This document shows positions 19,624 to 28,100 of a stretch of 64,000 nt of DNA, piece after piece (positions within the stretch are counted from its first letter, which is position 1; each line of letters opens with the position of its first letter). This stretch comes from Actinomycetota bacterium (GTDB taxonomy: Bacteria; Actinomycetota; Actinomycetes; Actinomycetales; Microbacteriaceae). Position numbers and translations under genes: made by a program. The notes under the pieces were generated by a model, which made no database searches, had not been told where the DNA came from, and saw only the letters and a program-made list of their open reading frames with translations. The stretch spans positions 66 to 64,065 of the forward strand of contig JBDLQA010000020.1 in NCBI GenBank assembly GCA_039800845.1, in the 5' to 3' direction.

Positions 19624-19649
19624 AACCGCAAAGCGATAAGCCGCATTCC
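19624..19649 (-). promoter_or_regulatory. SigR/SigH-type ECF promoter upstream of DUF3099
   Basis: Minus-strand GGAAT-N18-GTT. Confidence 0.55.
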
Positions 19650-19681
19650 CCAGATGGGGTCAGGCAGGAAAAGGCATAAAT

Positions 19682-20392
19682 ATGAGCACTCCTCGTACCG
19701 TTCTAGTCACTGGTGGCAACCGTGGCATCGGCCGAAGCATCGCTGAGGAGTTTGTAGCTCAGGGACACCGCGTTGCGGTAACCGTACGCAGTGGCGAAGG
19801 CCCTGCTGGAACCCTTTCGGTAAAGGCGGACGTAACTGACAGTGCATCGCTGGACGCCGCTTTCGCAGAGGTTGAAGCCAAGCTCGGCCCGATCGAGGTT
19901 TTGGTAGCCAACGCGGGAATCACCAAGGACACACTGCTGATGCGCATGACGGACGAAGAGTTCGAGCAGGTAATCGACACCAACCTGAATGGCGTTTTCC
20001 GCGTTGTTAAGCGCGCAACCAAGGGAATGATCAAGGCTCGCTTTGGTCGCGTTATCCTCATCGGTTCGGTAGTTGGCCTTCTGGGTAACGCCGGCCAGGT
20101 CAACTACTCTGCGGCTAAGGCGGCTCTGGTGGGCATGGCCCGCAGCATCACCCGCGAGCTTGGTGGCCGAGGCATCACCGCAAACGTGGTGGCGCCGGGA
20201 TTCATCGACACCGACATGACCGCATCGCTTCCTCAGGAACACTTGGACGCGTTCAAGGCCAAGATTCCAGCCGGTCGTTTTGCTAGCCCTGAGGAAGTCG
20301 CCCGCGTTGTCAGCTGGTTGGCCGGCGAAGACGCAGGCTACATTTCCGGCGCTGTCATCCCTGTGGATGGCGGACTCGGCATGGGCCACTAA
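19682..20392 (+). CDS. fabG: 3-oxoacyl-ACP reductase
   Basis: TGGNRGIG, NAGIT.D, YSAAK, VDGGLGMGH. Confidence 0.95.
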   Translation: MSTPRTVLVTGGNRGIGRSIAEEFVAQGHRVAVTVRSGEGPAGTLSVKADVTDSASLDAAFAEVEAKLGPIEVLVANAGITKDTLLMRMTDEEFEQVIDTNLNGVFRVVKRATKGMIKARFGRVILIGSVVGLLGNAGQVNYSAAKAALVGMARSITRELGGRGITANVVAPGFIDTDMTASLPQEHLDAFKAKIPAGRFASPEEVARVVSWLAGEDAGYISGAVIPVDGGLGMGH

Positions 20393-20438
20393 GCAAATCA
20401 AGTTTTTCTAAATTTCAAAACCCCACACAGGAGTAAAA

Positions 20439-21203
20439 ATGGTAAACCCACTCGCAGCAGGAAGCCTGGCAGGTAAAGCAGCGCTAGTAACCGGTTCTTC
20501 GCGCGGAATCGGTGCCGACACCGTCGGTTATTTCGCTGAAGCCGGCGCCGCTGTCGTAGTGAACTACCGCAACAAGGAAGCGCGCGCCAACAAGATTGTT
20601 GACGGCATCAAAGCAAATGGCGGTCAGGCTATCGCTGTGGGCGCAGACCTCACCGATGCAGCTTCCGTCACCGCGATGTTTGAGGCAGCCAAGGAAGCAT
20701 TCGGTCAGCTGGACATTCTGGTCATGAACGCTTCCGGCGGCATGGAAGCCGGCCTGGGCGAAGACTACGCAATGCGCCTGAACCGCGACTCGCAGGTGAA
20801 CCTGTTGACCACCGCGCTGCCTTACCTCAAGGATGGTGCCCGCGTTGTGTTTGTCACCAGCCACCAGGCTCACTTCATCCGCACCACTCCAACCATGGAG
20901 GCCTACGTTCAGGTTGCTCTTTCTAAGCGTGCGGGCGAGGACGCCTTGCGCGAGATGATCCCAACCCTGGCGGAACGCAACATCGGTTTCGTGGTTGTAT
21001 CGGGCGACATGATCGAGGGCACCATCACCGCCACGCTGCTAGAGCGCACCCAGCCGGGCGCGATTGAGGCACGTCGCGAGGGTGCGGGCAAGCTTTACAA
21101 CGTGAGCGAGTTTGCTGCGGAGATCGCCAGTGCGGCCGTAGAGCCAGTTCCAGAGGACAACACCCGTCTGGTAGGCGACACCCGCGACTTCATCGCTGAA
21201 TAA
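20439..21203 (+). CDS. SDR oxidoreductase, possible FabL-like enoyl-ACP reductase
   Basis: TGSSRGIG Rossmann motif; Y-x6-K (YVQVALSK) in place of YxxxK; directly after fabG. Confidence 0.75.
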   Translation: MVNPLAAGSLAGKAALVTGSSRGIGADTVGYFAEAGAAVVVNYRNKEARANKIVDGIKANGGQAIAVGADLTDAASVTAMFEAAKEAFGQLDILVMNASGGMEAGLGEDYAMRLNRDSQVNLLTTALPYLKDGARVVFVTSHQAHFIRTTPTMEAYVQVALSKRAGEDALREMIPTLAERNIGFVVVSGDMIEGTITATLLERTQPGAIEARREGAGKLYNVSEFAAEIASAAVEPVPEDNTRLVGDTRDFIAE

Positions 21204-21212
21204 AGGCCGGTT

Positions 21213-21845
21213 TTAGAGCCCTAGAACAGGGATAAGTTCGCGTAAGTCCTGCTTGTCGATGACAATCTGCGCCTTCTCGCGCACCAGAGGCTTCGCGTTG
21301 AACGCCACACCCAGGCCAGCAGCGGCCAGCATGTCTAGGTCGTTTGCACCGTCACCAACGGCGACGGTGTGGCAAATCTGCACACCGGATGCGTTGGCCC
21401 ATTCAATCAAGCTTTCAGCCTTAACCGCGCGGTCGATGATTTTGCCTTCGACCTTGCCGGTTAGCCTGCCATCGATGACTTCAAGGTCGTTTGCACGAGC
21501 AAAGTCCAGGCCAAGCTTGGCGGCCAGGGGAGTAAGCACCTGAGTGAAGCCGCCCGAAACAGCACCTACGAAACCGCCAGCGGCGTGCACTGCATCGATG
21601 AGTTCCTGAACACCAGGGGTTGGCTGAATTCGCTCGTAGACATCGGCAAAGACCTGCTCAGGCAATCCGGCGAGCGCCTTTACGCGCTCACGAAGGCTCT
21701 CCGCGAAGTCGAGCTCACCGCGCATTGCGCGCTCGGTAACTTCGGCAACTTCGGCACGCTTGCCTGCTACATCGGCCAGAAGTTCAATGACTTCGTCCTG
21801 GATCAGGGTGCTGTCGACGTCAAATACAACGAGAATTTTGCTCAC
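21213..21845 (-). CDS. serB: Phosphoserine phosphatase
   Basis: FDVDSTLI, ERAMRGELDF, VSGGF, GDGANDL. Confidence 0.93.
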   Translation of the reverse strand: MSKILVVFDVDSTLIQDEVIELLADVAGKRAEVAEVTERAMRGELDFAESLRERVKALAGLPEQVFADVYERIQPTPGVQELIDAVHAAGGFVGAVSGGFTQVLTPLAAKLGLDFARANDLEVIDGRLTGKVEGKIIDRAVKAESLIEWANASGVQICHTVAVGDGANDLDMLAAAGLGVAFNAKPLVREKAQIVIDKQDLRELIPVLGL

Positions 21846-21870
21846 CTGCTAATTCTGCCTGAAATGTGAA

Positions 21871-21903
21871 CGACCGGCCGCCCATTTCGGGTGCGGCCGG
21901 TCG
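21871..21903. other. GC-rich hairpin between glgC and serB
   Basis: CGACCGGCCGC-CC-ATTTC-GGGT-GCGGCCGGTCG inverted repeat. Confidence 0.55.
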
Positions 21904-21920
21904 CTGCAGAGTTGAGAAGG

Positions 21921-23165
21921 CTACGGAGTAACCGTGATTCCCTTAGCCACCACAGTGATTCCGGAATCGGTAACCACGAAGCCTCGGGCAAGGTCTCGTT
22001 GTTTGTCCACTCCGATGGCGGCACCATCCGTGACAATCACATCCTTGTCCAGAATCGCCTTGCGTACGGTGGCATCACGGCCGACGGTCACGTTATCCAT
22101 CAGCACCGAATCGGTGACAAGGGCACGCGAACCAATACGCACGTTTGGCGAAAGCACACTTCGTTCCACGATTCCACCGGTAACCACGGTTCCCAGAGAC
22201 ACGATCGAGTCGTTGGTACGACCCTGGTTGCCCTCGGAGTCGTGGACGAACTTGGCAGGTGGCAGGTTTACCTGCTGGGTGTGGATTGGCCAGTCACTGT
22301 TGTAGAGGTTGAAGATCGGCATCACCGAGATCAAGTCCATGTGGCTCTCGTAGTAGCTGTCGATTGTTCCGACATCGCGCCAGTAAGCGTGGTCACGTTC
22401 GGTGGCACCCGGAACTATGTTCTTGGTGAAGTCATAGACAGTTGCATCGCCCTTGCTCACGAAGTAAGGCACGATGTCGCCACCCATGTCGTGATCCGAG
22501 TCTTCGCGTTCGCCGTCCTGGTTGATCGCGTCAACTAGAGCCTTGGCGTCAAAGACATAGTTACCCATGGAGCACAGAACTTCATCGGGGGAGTCTGGCA
22601 GGCCCTTAGGGTCCTTTGGCTTCTCACGGAAAGCCGCAATCTTGGATGGGTCAGCGTCGTCCACTTCGACCACGCCGAACTGGCTGGCGATCGACTTAGG
22701 CTGACGAATCGCAGCGACGGTAACGCCGCGACCCGATTCGATGTGAGCCTTGATCATCTGCTCGAAGTCCATACGGTAGATGTGGTCCGCACCGGTAACA
22801 ACAACGATGTCGGGCTTTTCGTCTGCGAGCAGGTTCATGCTCTGCAAGATGGCATCGGCGGATCCGGTGAACCAGCGCTTACCCAAACGCTGCTGGGCCG
22901 GCACAGACGCCACATAGGAACCCAGCAGAGGGGACATACGCCAGAGCATGGAGATGTGGCGGTCTAGGGAATGCGACTTGTATTGGGTTAGAACCACAAT
23001 GCGGCGCAAACCAGAGTTGATGAGGTTGGACAGTGCGAAGTCGACCAGACGGTATGAACCGCCGAAAGGCACTGCAGGCTTGGCGCGGTCGGCGGTAAGC
23101 GGCATGAGTCGCTTACCTTCTCCACCGGCTAGAACCATTCCGAAAATACGTGGACTGCTACTCAT
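21921..23165 (-). CDS. glgC: Glucose-1-phosphate adenylyltransferase
   Basis: [37 protein letters not shown]. Confidence 0.97.
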   Translation of the reverse strand: MSSSPRIFGMVLAGGEGKRLMPLTADRAKPAVPFGGSYRLVDFALSNLINSGLRRIVVLTQYKSHSLDRHISMLWRMSPLLGSYVASVPAQQRLGKRWFTGSADAILQSMNLLADEKPDIVVVTGADHIYRMDFEQMIKAHIESGRGVTVAAIRQPKSIASQFGVVEVDDADPSKIAAFREKPKDPKGLPDSPDEVLCSMGNYVFDAKALVDAINQDGEREDSDHDMGGDIVPYFVSKGDATVYDFTKNIVPGATERDHAYWRDVGTIDSYYESHMDLISVMPIFNLYNSDWPIHTQQVNLPPAKFVHDSEGNQGRTNDSIVSLGTVVTGGIVERSVLSPNVRIGSRALVTDSVLMDNVTVGRDATVRKAILDKDVIVTDGAAIGVDKQRDLARGFVVTDSGITVVAKGITVTP

Positions 23166-23211
23166 ATCTGAATGTTATTGGTGTTTTGTATCGGGCAGGT
23201 AACATACCCCT

Positions 23212-24399
23212 ATGAGAGTTGACCTGATCACCAAGGAATATCCGCCCTTCATTTATGGAGGAGCAGGCGTACATGTGGCGGAATTAGTGAGAGTTCTGCG
23301 CAAACACATCGAAGTTCAGGTGCGCGCCTTCGGTGAAGACCGTAATGAAACCGATACAAAGGCATACCGCCATTCGGGCGATTTTGACGGGGTAAACGCG
23401 GCGGTGCAGACCATGGCCACCGACCTTGCGATGGTCTCCGATGTAGCTGGCGCCGACCTGGTTCACTCTCACACCTGGTACGCCAACTTCGCTGGCCAGG
23501 TGGCCGGAACTCTCCACGGGATCCCGCACCTGATCACCGCTCACTCTCTTGAGCCGCTTCGTCCTTGGAAAGAAGATCAGCTCGGCGGCGGTTACCGTCT
23601 TTCCAGTTGGGTAGAGCGCACCGCCTACGAGGCCGCCACGGGAATCATCGCTGTGAGCGATGGCATGCGCCAGGACATCCTTCGCGCCTATCCTCAGATC
23701 GACCCAGCGAAGGTATCTGTTGTTCACAACGGAATCGACCTCGATGCATTCCAGGCCGCGAACAACCCTGATTTGGTTCGAGCAAACGGAATCGACCCGG
23801 ACAAGCGTTCGGTTGTGTTCGTGGGCCGCATCACCCAGCAGAAGGGCCTGCCTTACCTGTTGAAGGCCGCGCGCGACCTGCCAGCGGATGTTCAGTTGGT
23901 TCTCTGCGCCGGCGCCCCAGACACCCCTGAAATCCTTCAGACCGTAACCGACCTCGTTGCTGAGCTGCGCAAGGTACGAGACAACGTGATATGGGTGGAG
24001 AAGCACATGAGCCGTCCAGAGCTCATCGCAGTTCTTTCGGCCGCCACCGTATTCGCCTGCCCAAGCATCTACGAGCCGCTCGGAATCGTAAACCTCGAAG
24101 CCATGGCTTGTGGAACCCCTGTGGTAGCAACGGCAACCGGCGGAATCCCTGAGGTTGTGGTTCACGAGCAGACCGGCCTCCTGGTGCCGATCGAGCAGGT
24201 CATGGACGGTTCAGGCAAGCCGCTGGATGAGGCAAAGTTTGTCTCTGACCTTGCAGCTGCGCTGAATACCGCGCTGGAATCGCGAGACCTGGCTTCGTTC
24301 GGCGCCGCCGGACGCAAGCGCGTGGAAGACCACTTCTCGTGGGACAGCATCGCTGAACGCACCCTTGATGTCTACCGACAGGCGATTAACCGCGGCTAG
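23212..24399 (+). CDS. glgA: GlgA/GlgM GT4 glucosyltransferase (glycogen / maltose-1-P synthesis)
   Basis: EYPP..YGGAGVH, HSHTWY, EPLGIVNLEAMAC; divergent from glgC. Confidence 0.93.
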   Translation: MRVDLITKEYPPFIYGGAGVHVAELVRVLRKHIEVQVRAFGEDRNETDTKAYRHSGDFDGVNAAVQTMATDLAMVSDVAGADLVHSHTWYANFAGQVAGTLHGIPHLITAHSLEPLRPWKEDQLGGGYRLSSWVERTAYEAATGIIAVSDGMRQDILRAYPQIDPAKVSVVHNGIDLDAFQAANNPDLVRANGIDPDKRSVVFVGRITQQKGLPYLLKAARDLPADVQLVLCAGAPDTPEILQTVTDLVAELRKVRDNVIWVEKHMSRPELIAVLSAATVFACPSIYEPLGIVNLEAMACGTPVVATATGGIPEVVVHEQTGLLVPIEQVMDGSGKPLDEAKFVSDLAAALNTALESRDLASFGAAGRKRVEDHFSWDSIAERTLDVYRQAINRG

Positions 24400-24449
24400 T
24401 TGCCGTGTAATAGCCGGCTGAAGGCCAATCAACTTATAGGCTTCTAACC

Positions 24450-25235
24450 ATGTCAGTAATCAATCTCCGTGACGTTTCGGTTGTCCGCGATGGTAAGCAG
24501 ATCCTCAGCAATGTGGACTGGCAGGTAGAGGGTAATCAACGCTGGGTCATCATTGGTCCAAATGGCGCCGGTAAGACCACTCTGCTGCGCATTATCGCAA
24601 CTCAAATTCACCCAACTCACGGCTCTGCTGCCGTGCTTGGCGAAGACTTTGGTCACGTAGATCTGCAGGAGCTGCGTCCGCGCATCGGCTTCGCGTCTTC
24701 CGCGCTGGCATCGCGAATCCCAGTCACCGAAACCGTGCTGGACACCGTGATGACTGCTAGCCACGGCGTGGTTGGTCGTTGGACCGAGAAGTACGACTCA
24801 GTTGACGAGCGTCGAGCGCTTCGCGTCTTGAGCGAGTGGGACCTTGGCGACTTCGCCAAGCGCACTTTCGGAAGCCTTTCCGATGGCGAGAAGAAGCGTG
24901 CCCAGATTGCGCGCGCTGTCATGCCAGACCCAGAACTTCTGCTTCTGGATGAACCAGTTGCCAGCCTCGACCTAGCTGCTCGCGAGCAGACCGTCACCCT
25001 GATTGGCAACTACGCTCAAAGCCCCTACGCGCCGGCCATTGTTATGGTTACCCACCACCTGGAAGAGATTCCTGCTGGCTTCACCCACGCAATGATTCTG
25101 GTGGATGGCCACGTCTTTGCAGCGGGCGAAATCAATCACGTTCTGAACAGCGACAATGTCAGTGAAGCGTTCGGCATCGGAATCGACATTTCGATGGTCG
25201 AGGGCCGCTACCAGGCTCGCGCGCGCCGTCACTAG
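24450..25235 (+). CDS. ABC ATP-binding protein (ModF-like)
   Basis: GPNGAGKT, LSDGE, LLLDEP, VTHHLEEIP. Confidence 0.88.
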   Translation: MSVINLRDVSVVRDGKQILSNVDWQVEGNQRWVIIGPNGAGKTTLLRIIATQIHPTHGSAAVLGEDFGHVDLQELRPRIGFASSALASRIPVTETVLDTVMTASHGVVGRWTEKYDSVDERRALRVLSEWDLGDFAKRTFGSLSDGEKKRAQIARAVMPDPELLLLDEPVASLDLAAREQTVTLIGNYAQSPYAPAIVMVTHHLEEIPAGFTHAMILVDGHVFAAGEINHVLNSDNVSEAFGIGIDISMVEGRYQARARRH

Positions 25236-25311
25236 AAGCAGTAGTCGCTAGTCAGCGGGGCCCACGCGGCACCGCCTTGATAAGGCACAAGTTTCCGGCT
25301 GCTGCCGATCT

Positions 25312-25917
25312 TTACACGCCCAGAAGCACAGGCACCATTGACAGCACCAAAAGTGTCGCCATTGTCCAGTTGAACACCCTCACCGCCGAAGGCTTTTGTA
25401 GGTAACGCTGAACCAAAGTGCCCAAACCTGCCCAGGTGGCCGTGCTTGCAAAAGCAATCAGACTGTTGATGAGAACCACCAGGATCAACTTGGGTGCCGG
25501 CGGATTTGGTGGCAGATAAGTGGCGAAGAATCCCACACTCACAATGAGTGTTTTTGGGTTGATCAGTTGGAAAGCCGCGGCGCCCCAAACCGTCATCGGC
25601 CTGCTGCGACCACCTTCGCTGGAGCCGCTTGGGGCGGAACTAGTGGCGATTTTGTAGGCCAGGTAAAGCAGGTAGCCAAAACTTGCGAGCCGAAGAATGA
25701 AATACAACCAGGGCAACAGCTTGAATACTTCGCCGAGGCCCAGACCGATAGCCAACTGAAGAACGAAAACGCCCACGGTGATTCCAAACATGTGGGGGAG
25801 CGTGCGGCGGAATCCGAAGTTGGTACCCGAAGCCAACAGCATCATGTTGTTGGGGCCGGGCGTGAAGGCGGTCACGAAGGAATAGACCACGATGGGTCCC
25901 AGCCAAATCAAATCCAT
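25312..25917 (-). CDS. LysE-family translocator (cysteine/O-acetylserine exporter-like)
   Basis: TPGPNNMML, FQLINPK. Confidence 0.88.
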   Translation of the reverse strand: MDLIWLGPIVVYSFVTAFTPGPNNMMLLASGTNFGFRRTLPHMFGITVGVFVLQLAIGLGLGEVFKLLPWLYFILRLASFGYLLYLAYKIATSSAPSGSSEGGRSRPMTVWGAAAFQLINPKTLIVSVGFFATYLPPNPPAPKLILVVLINSLIAFASTATWAGLGTLVQRYLQKPSAVRVFNWTMATLLVLSMVPVLLGV

Positions 25918-26067
25918 AGTGGCTTGAGTCTAATGAGCGGCTGCGCGAAAATTGCTACAAGAACATGAGGGAATGCGCTTTTACTTGCAACCGAATCTCT
26001 GGTATGCTGTTCTCTTAGTGCTTGTTGCACGACCACCCCAAAGATTTCATTTGAAGGAAGTATTGCC

Positions 26068-26319
26068 ATGAAGGCTGACATCCACCCAGAGTACTCCGCA
26101 GTAGTATTCCGCGACCTCGCTTCGGGCGTTGCATTCTTGACCCGCTCCACCGTCAAGACCAGCAAGACCATCGAGTGGGAAGACGGCAACACCTACCCTT
26201 GCTACGACGTAGAAATTTCGTCGGCATCGCACCCGTTCTACACCGGTAAGCAGCGCATCATGGATGCTGCTGGTCGTGTTGAGCGCTTCAACGCACGTTA
26301 CAAGGGCTTCGGCGCCTAA
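26068..26319 (+). CDS. rpmE2: 50S ribosomal protein L31 type B
   Basis: [34 protein letters not shown]; no Zn-ribbon CxxC. Confidence 0.96.
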   Translation: MKADIHPEYSAVVFRDLASGVAFLTRSTVKTSKTIEWEDGNTYPCYDVEISSASHPFYTGKQRIMDAAGRVERFNARYKGFGA

Positions 26320-26339
26320 TAACGGCACACCAAAACTTA

Positions 26340-26368
26340 GAAAACCCCGAGCATTGCTCGGGGTTTTC
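26340..26368. terminator. Bidirectional intrinsic terminator
   Basis: GAAAACCCCGAGCA-T-TGCTCGGGGTTTTC. Confidence 0.85.
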
Positions 26369-26371
26369 GCT

Positions 26372-27091
26372 TTAACCTAGCTTTAGTGGCCAGCCCGGAT
26401 TCTCAACGAAGTCTGGATTCACGTTCTCTTTCATCCACTTTGCAAAGCTGGCCTCTTGGGCAACAGCCCAATCCACCTGCGAGGCGTGAACGGTTGCCAG
26501 ATCATCGGATAGCTTGGCGCCAAACTTACGAACCAAAGCCTGCAGTACGCGCCCCGAAGCTACGGCATCGGCAGTTGCGTTATGGGCATCGCTCAACTGA
26601 ACGCCGTAATACTCGGCCGCGTTTTCCAGGCGGCGCTTTCCCTTACGGTACTGATCCACGGCGCGGTCCAGCACCAGAGGGTCAAGGACGAATGTCGGGT
26701 AAAGGGGAGTGACGCCGTGACGAATTGCCTCCCAGTGGAGGATGGTGAAGTCATAGGGTGCGTTGTATGCAACCACAGGAATTCCGCGCTCCTGGTAGCC
26801 CCTTAGCGCGGCAACAATCTCCGCTACAACATCGGCGGCCGGACGGCCCTGCGAACGCGCCATTTCGGTGCTGATTCCGTGGACTGCCGACGCCGATGAG
26901 GGAATCTCAATGCCTGGATCCGCCAGCCACTCCTGAGCCGGGCCAATCAACTGCCCGTCCGCATCGAGTTCCGCTACACAGGCGGTAACTATTCGGGCTT
27001 CGCGAAGATCTAGGCCAGTGGTCTCGGTGTCGAAAACAACAATGTGCTGGGCCCACTGGTGGTAAACGTTTGAATCGTTAGCTTCAGGCAT
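26372..27091 (-). CDS. DEDDh 3'-5' exonuclease (DnaQ-like)
   Basis: FDTETTG, AYNAPYD, AHNATADA. Confidence 0.9.
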   Translation of the reverse strand: MPEANDSNVYHQWAQHIVVFDTETTGLDLREARIVTACVAELDADGQLIGPAQEWLADPGIEIPSSASAVHGISTEMARSQGRPAADVVAEIVAALRGYQERGIPVVAYNAPYDFTILHWEAIRHGVTPLYPTFVLDPLVLDRAVDQYRKGKRRLENAAEYYGVQLSDAHNATADAVASGRVLQALVRKFGAKLSDDLATVHASQVDWAVAQEASFAKWMKENVNPDFVENPGWPLKLG

Positions 27092-27152
27092 AAGGCAAGG
27101 CTATAAGCCGCTTGCTACATCTTCAGGCAGGCGAGCCGCAGACGCTAAGAAA

Positions 27153-28064
27153 CTAGAGCAGGCCAACGCCTGCCGCGAGCTCCATCGCAGCTTCCGAGCG
27201 GTTCAGCGTGAAGATGTGCAGACCCGGTGCGCCTGCTTCCAGCAGGTCTAGGCCCAGACGGATGGTGTAGTCCATTCCGATTCGGCGCGCTTCAGCTTCA
27301 TCCGCGGTTTCCAACTTGTGAGCCAGATCTTCAGGAACTGCGGCTCCACTCATGGCAGCCATGCGCAGAAGCTGTTTGGCATTTGACACCGGCATGAGGC
27401 CCGGAACAATCGGCAGATCGGCTCCCGCGGCTTTGGCCTGGGCCACTAGATCGGTGTAGTAACCCACGCCAAAGAACAGCTGAGTTACCGCAAAAGCGGC
27501 TCCCTGTGCCTGCTTCAACGAGAGCACGTTGGCATCGTGGGCCAAATCTGGCGATTCAGGATGACCTTCCGGGAAGGCGGCGACACCAACTTCAAGGTTG
27601 GTCTCAGCACGCACCAACTGGACTAGCTCCAGAGCGGTTTTAAGCTCGCCCTGAGCCAACGCATCCGGATTGTCCTTAGGAGCATCGCCACGGAGGGCAA
27701 GGACCGAGCGAACACCGGCCTGCTGGAATCGGGAAATGGTTTTGCGGGCACTGTCGCGGCTAGCACCTACGCAAGTTAGGTGGCCAACAGTCAGAATCTC
27801 TGGCGCCATGCGGTCCAGCACTTCAAAGGATTTATCCTGGTTGGATCCACCAGCGCCGTAGGTAACCGAAACGAAGTCAGCGTTTACTTCCAACACCTTT
27901 TCAAAGGTTTGCCACATGGTCTCCTCACTGCCTTCGCGAGGAGGGAAAAACTCGAAAGAAAGTGCCTTCTGACCCAAAGCGGCACGAGCTTCAAGCAGCG
28001 AAAAAACACCCTCGCTCGCATCGGAGCCGAGGGAAGTGCGTGGGGGAGTTACGTAACCTGACAT
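27153..28064 (-). CDS. metF: 5,10-methylenetetrahydrofolate reductase
   Basis: SFEFFPP, SVTYGAGGS, HLTCVG, LALRGD, TQLFF, HIFTLN. Confidence 0.95.
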   Translation of the reverse strand: MSGYVTPPRTSLGSDASEGVFSLLEARAALGQKALSFEFFPPREGSEETMWQTFEKVLEVNADFVSVTYGAGGSNQDKSFEVLDRMAPEILTVGHLTCVGASRDSARKTISRFQQAGVRSVLALRGDAPKDNPDALAQGELKTALELVQLVRAETNLEVGVAAFPEGHPESPDLAHDANVLSLKQAQGAAFAVTQLFFGVGYYTDLVAQAKAAGADLPIVPGLMPVSNAKQLLRMAAMSGAAVPEDLAHKLETADEAEARRIGMDYTIRLGLDLLEAGAPGLHIFTLNRSEAAMELAAGVGLL

Positions 28065-28068
28065 CCCT

Positions 28069-28094
28069 TCAAGTTTAACGGCGGTTAGACTTGA
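28069..28094. promoter_or_regulatory. Symmetric bidirectional promoter region for metF/metH
   Basis: TCAAGTTTAAC-GGCG-GTTAGACTTGA near-palindrome; each arm holds a TAnnnT -10 box 7-9 nt before an ATG. Confidence 0.6.
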
Positions 28095-28100
28095 TTACGT

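Noticed and set aside
25970-26067. Zur box or SigR promoter upstream of rpmE2
   Set aside because: GGAAT is present but is followed at N18 by GAA, not GTT, and no convincing Zur palindrome was seen.
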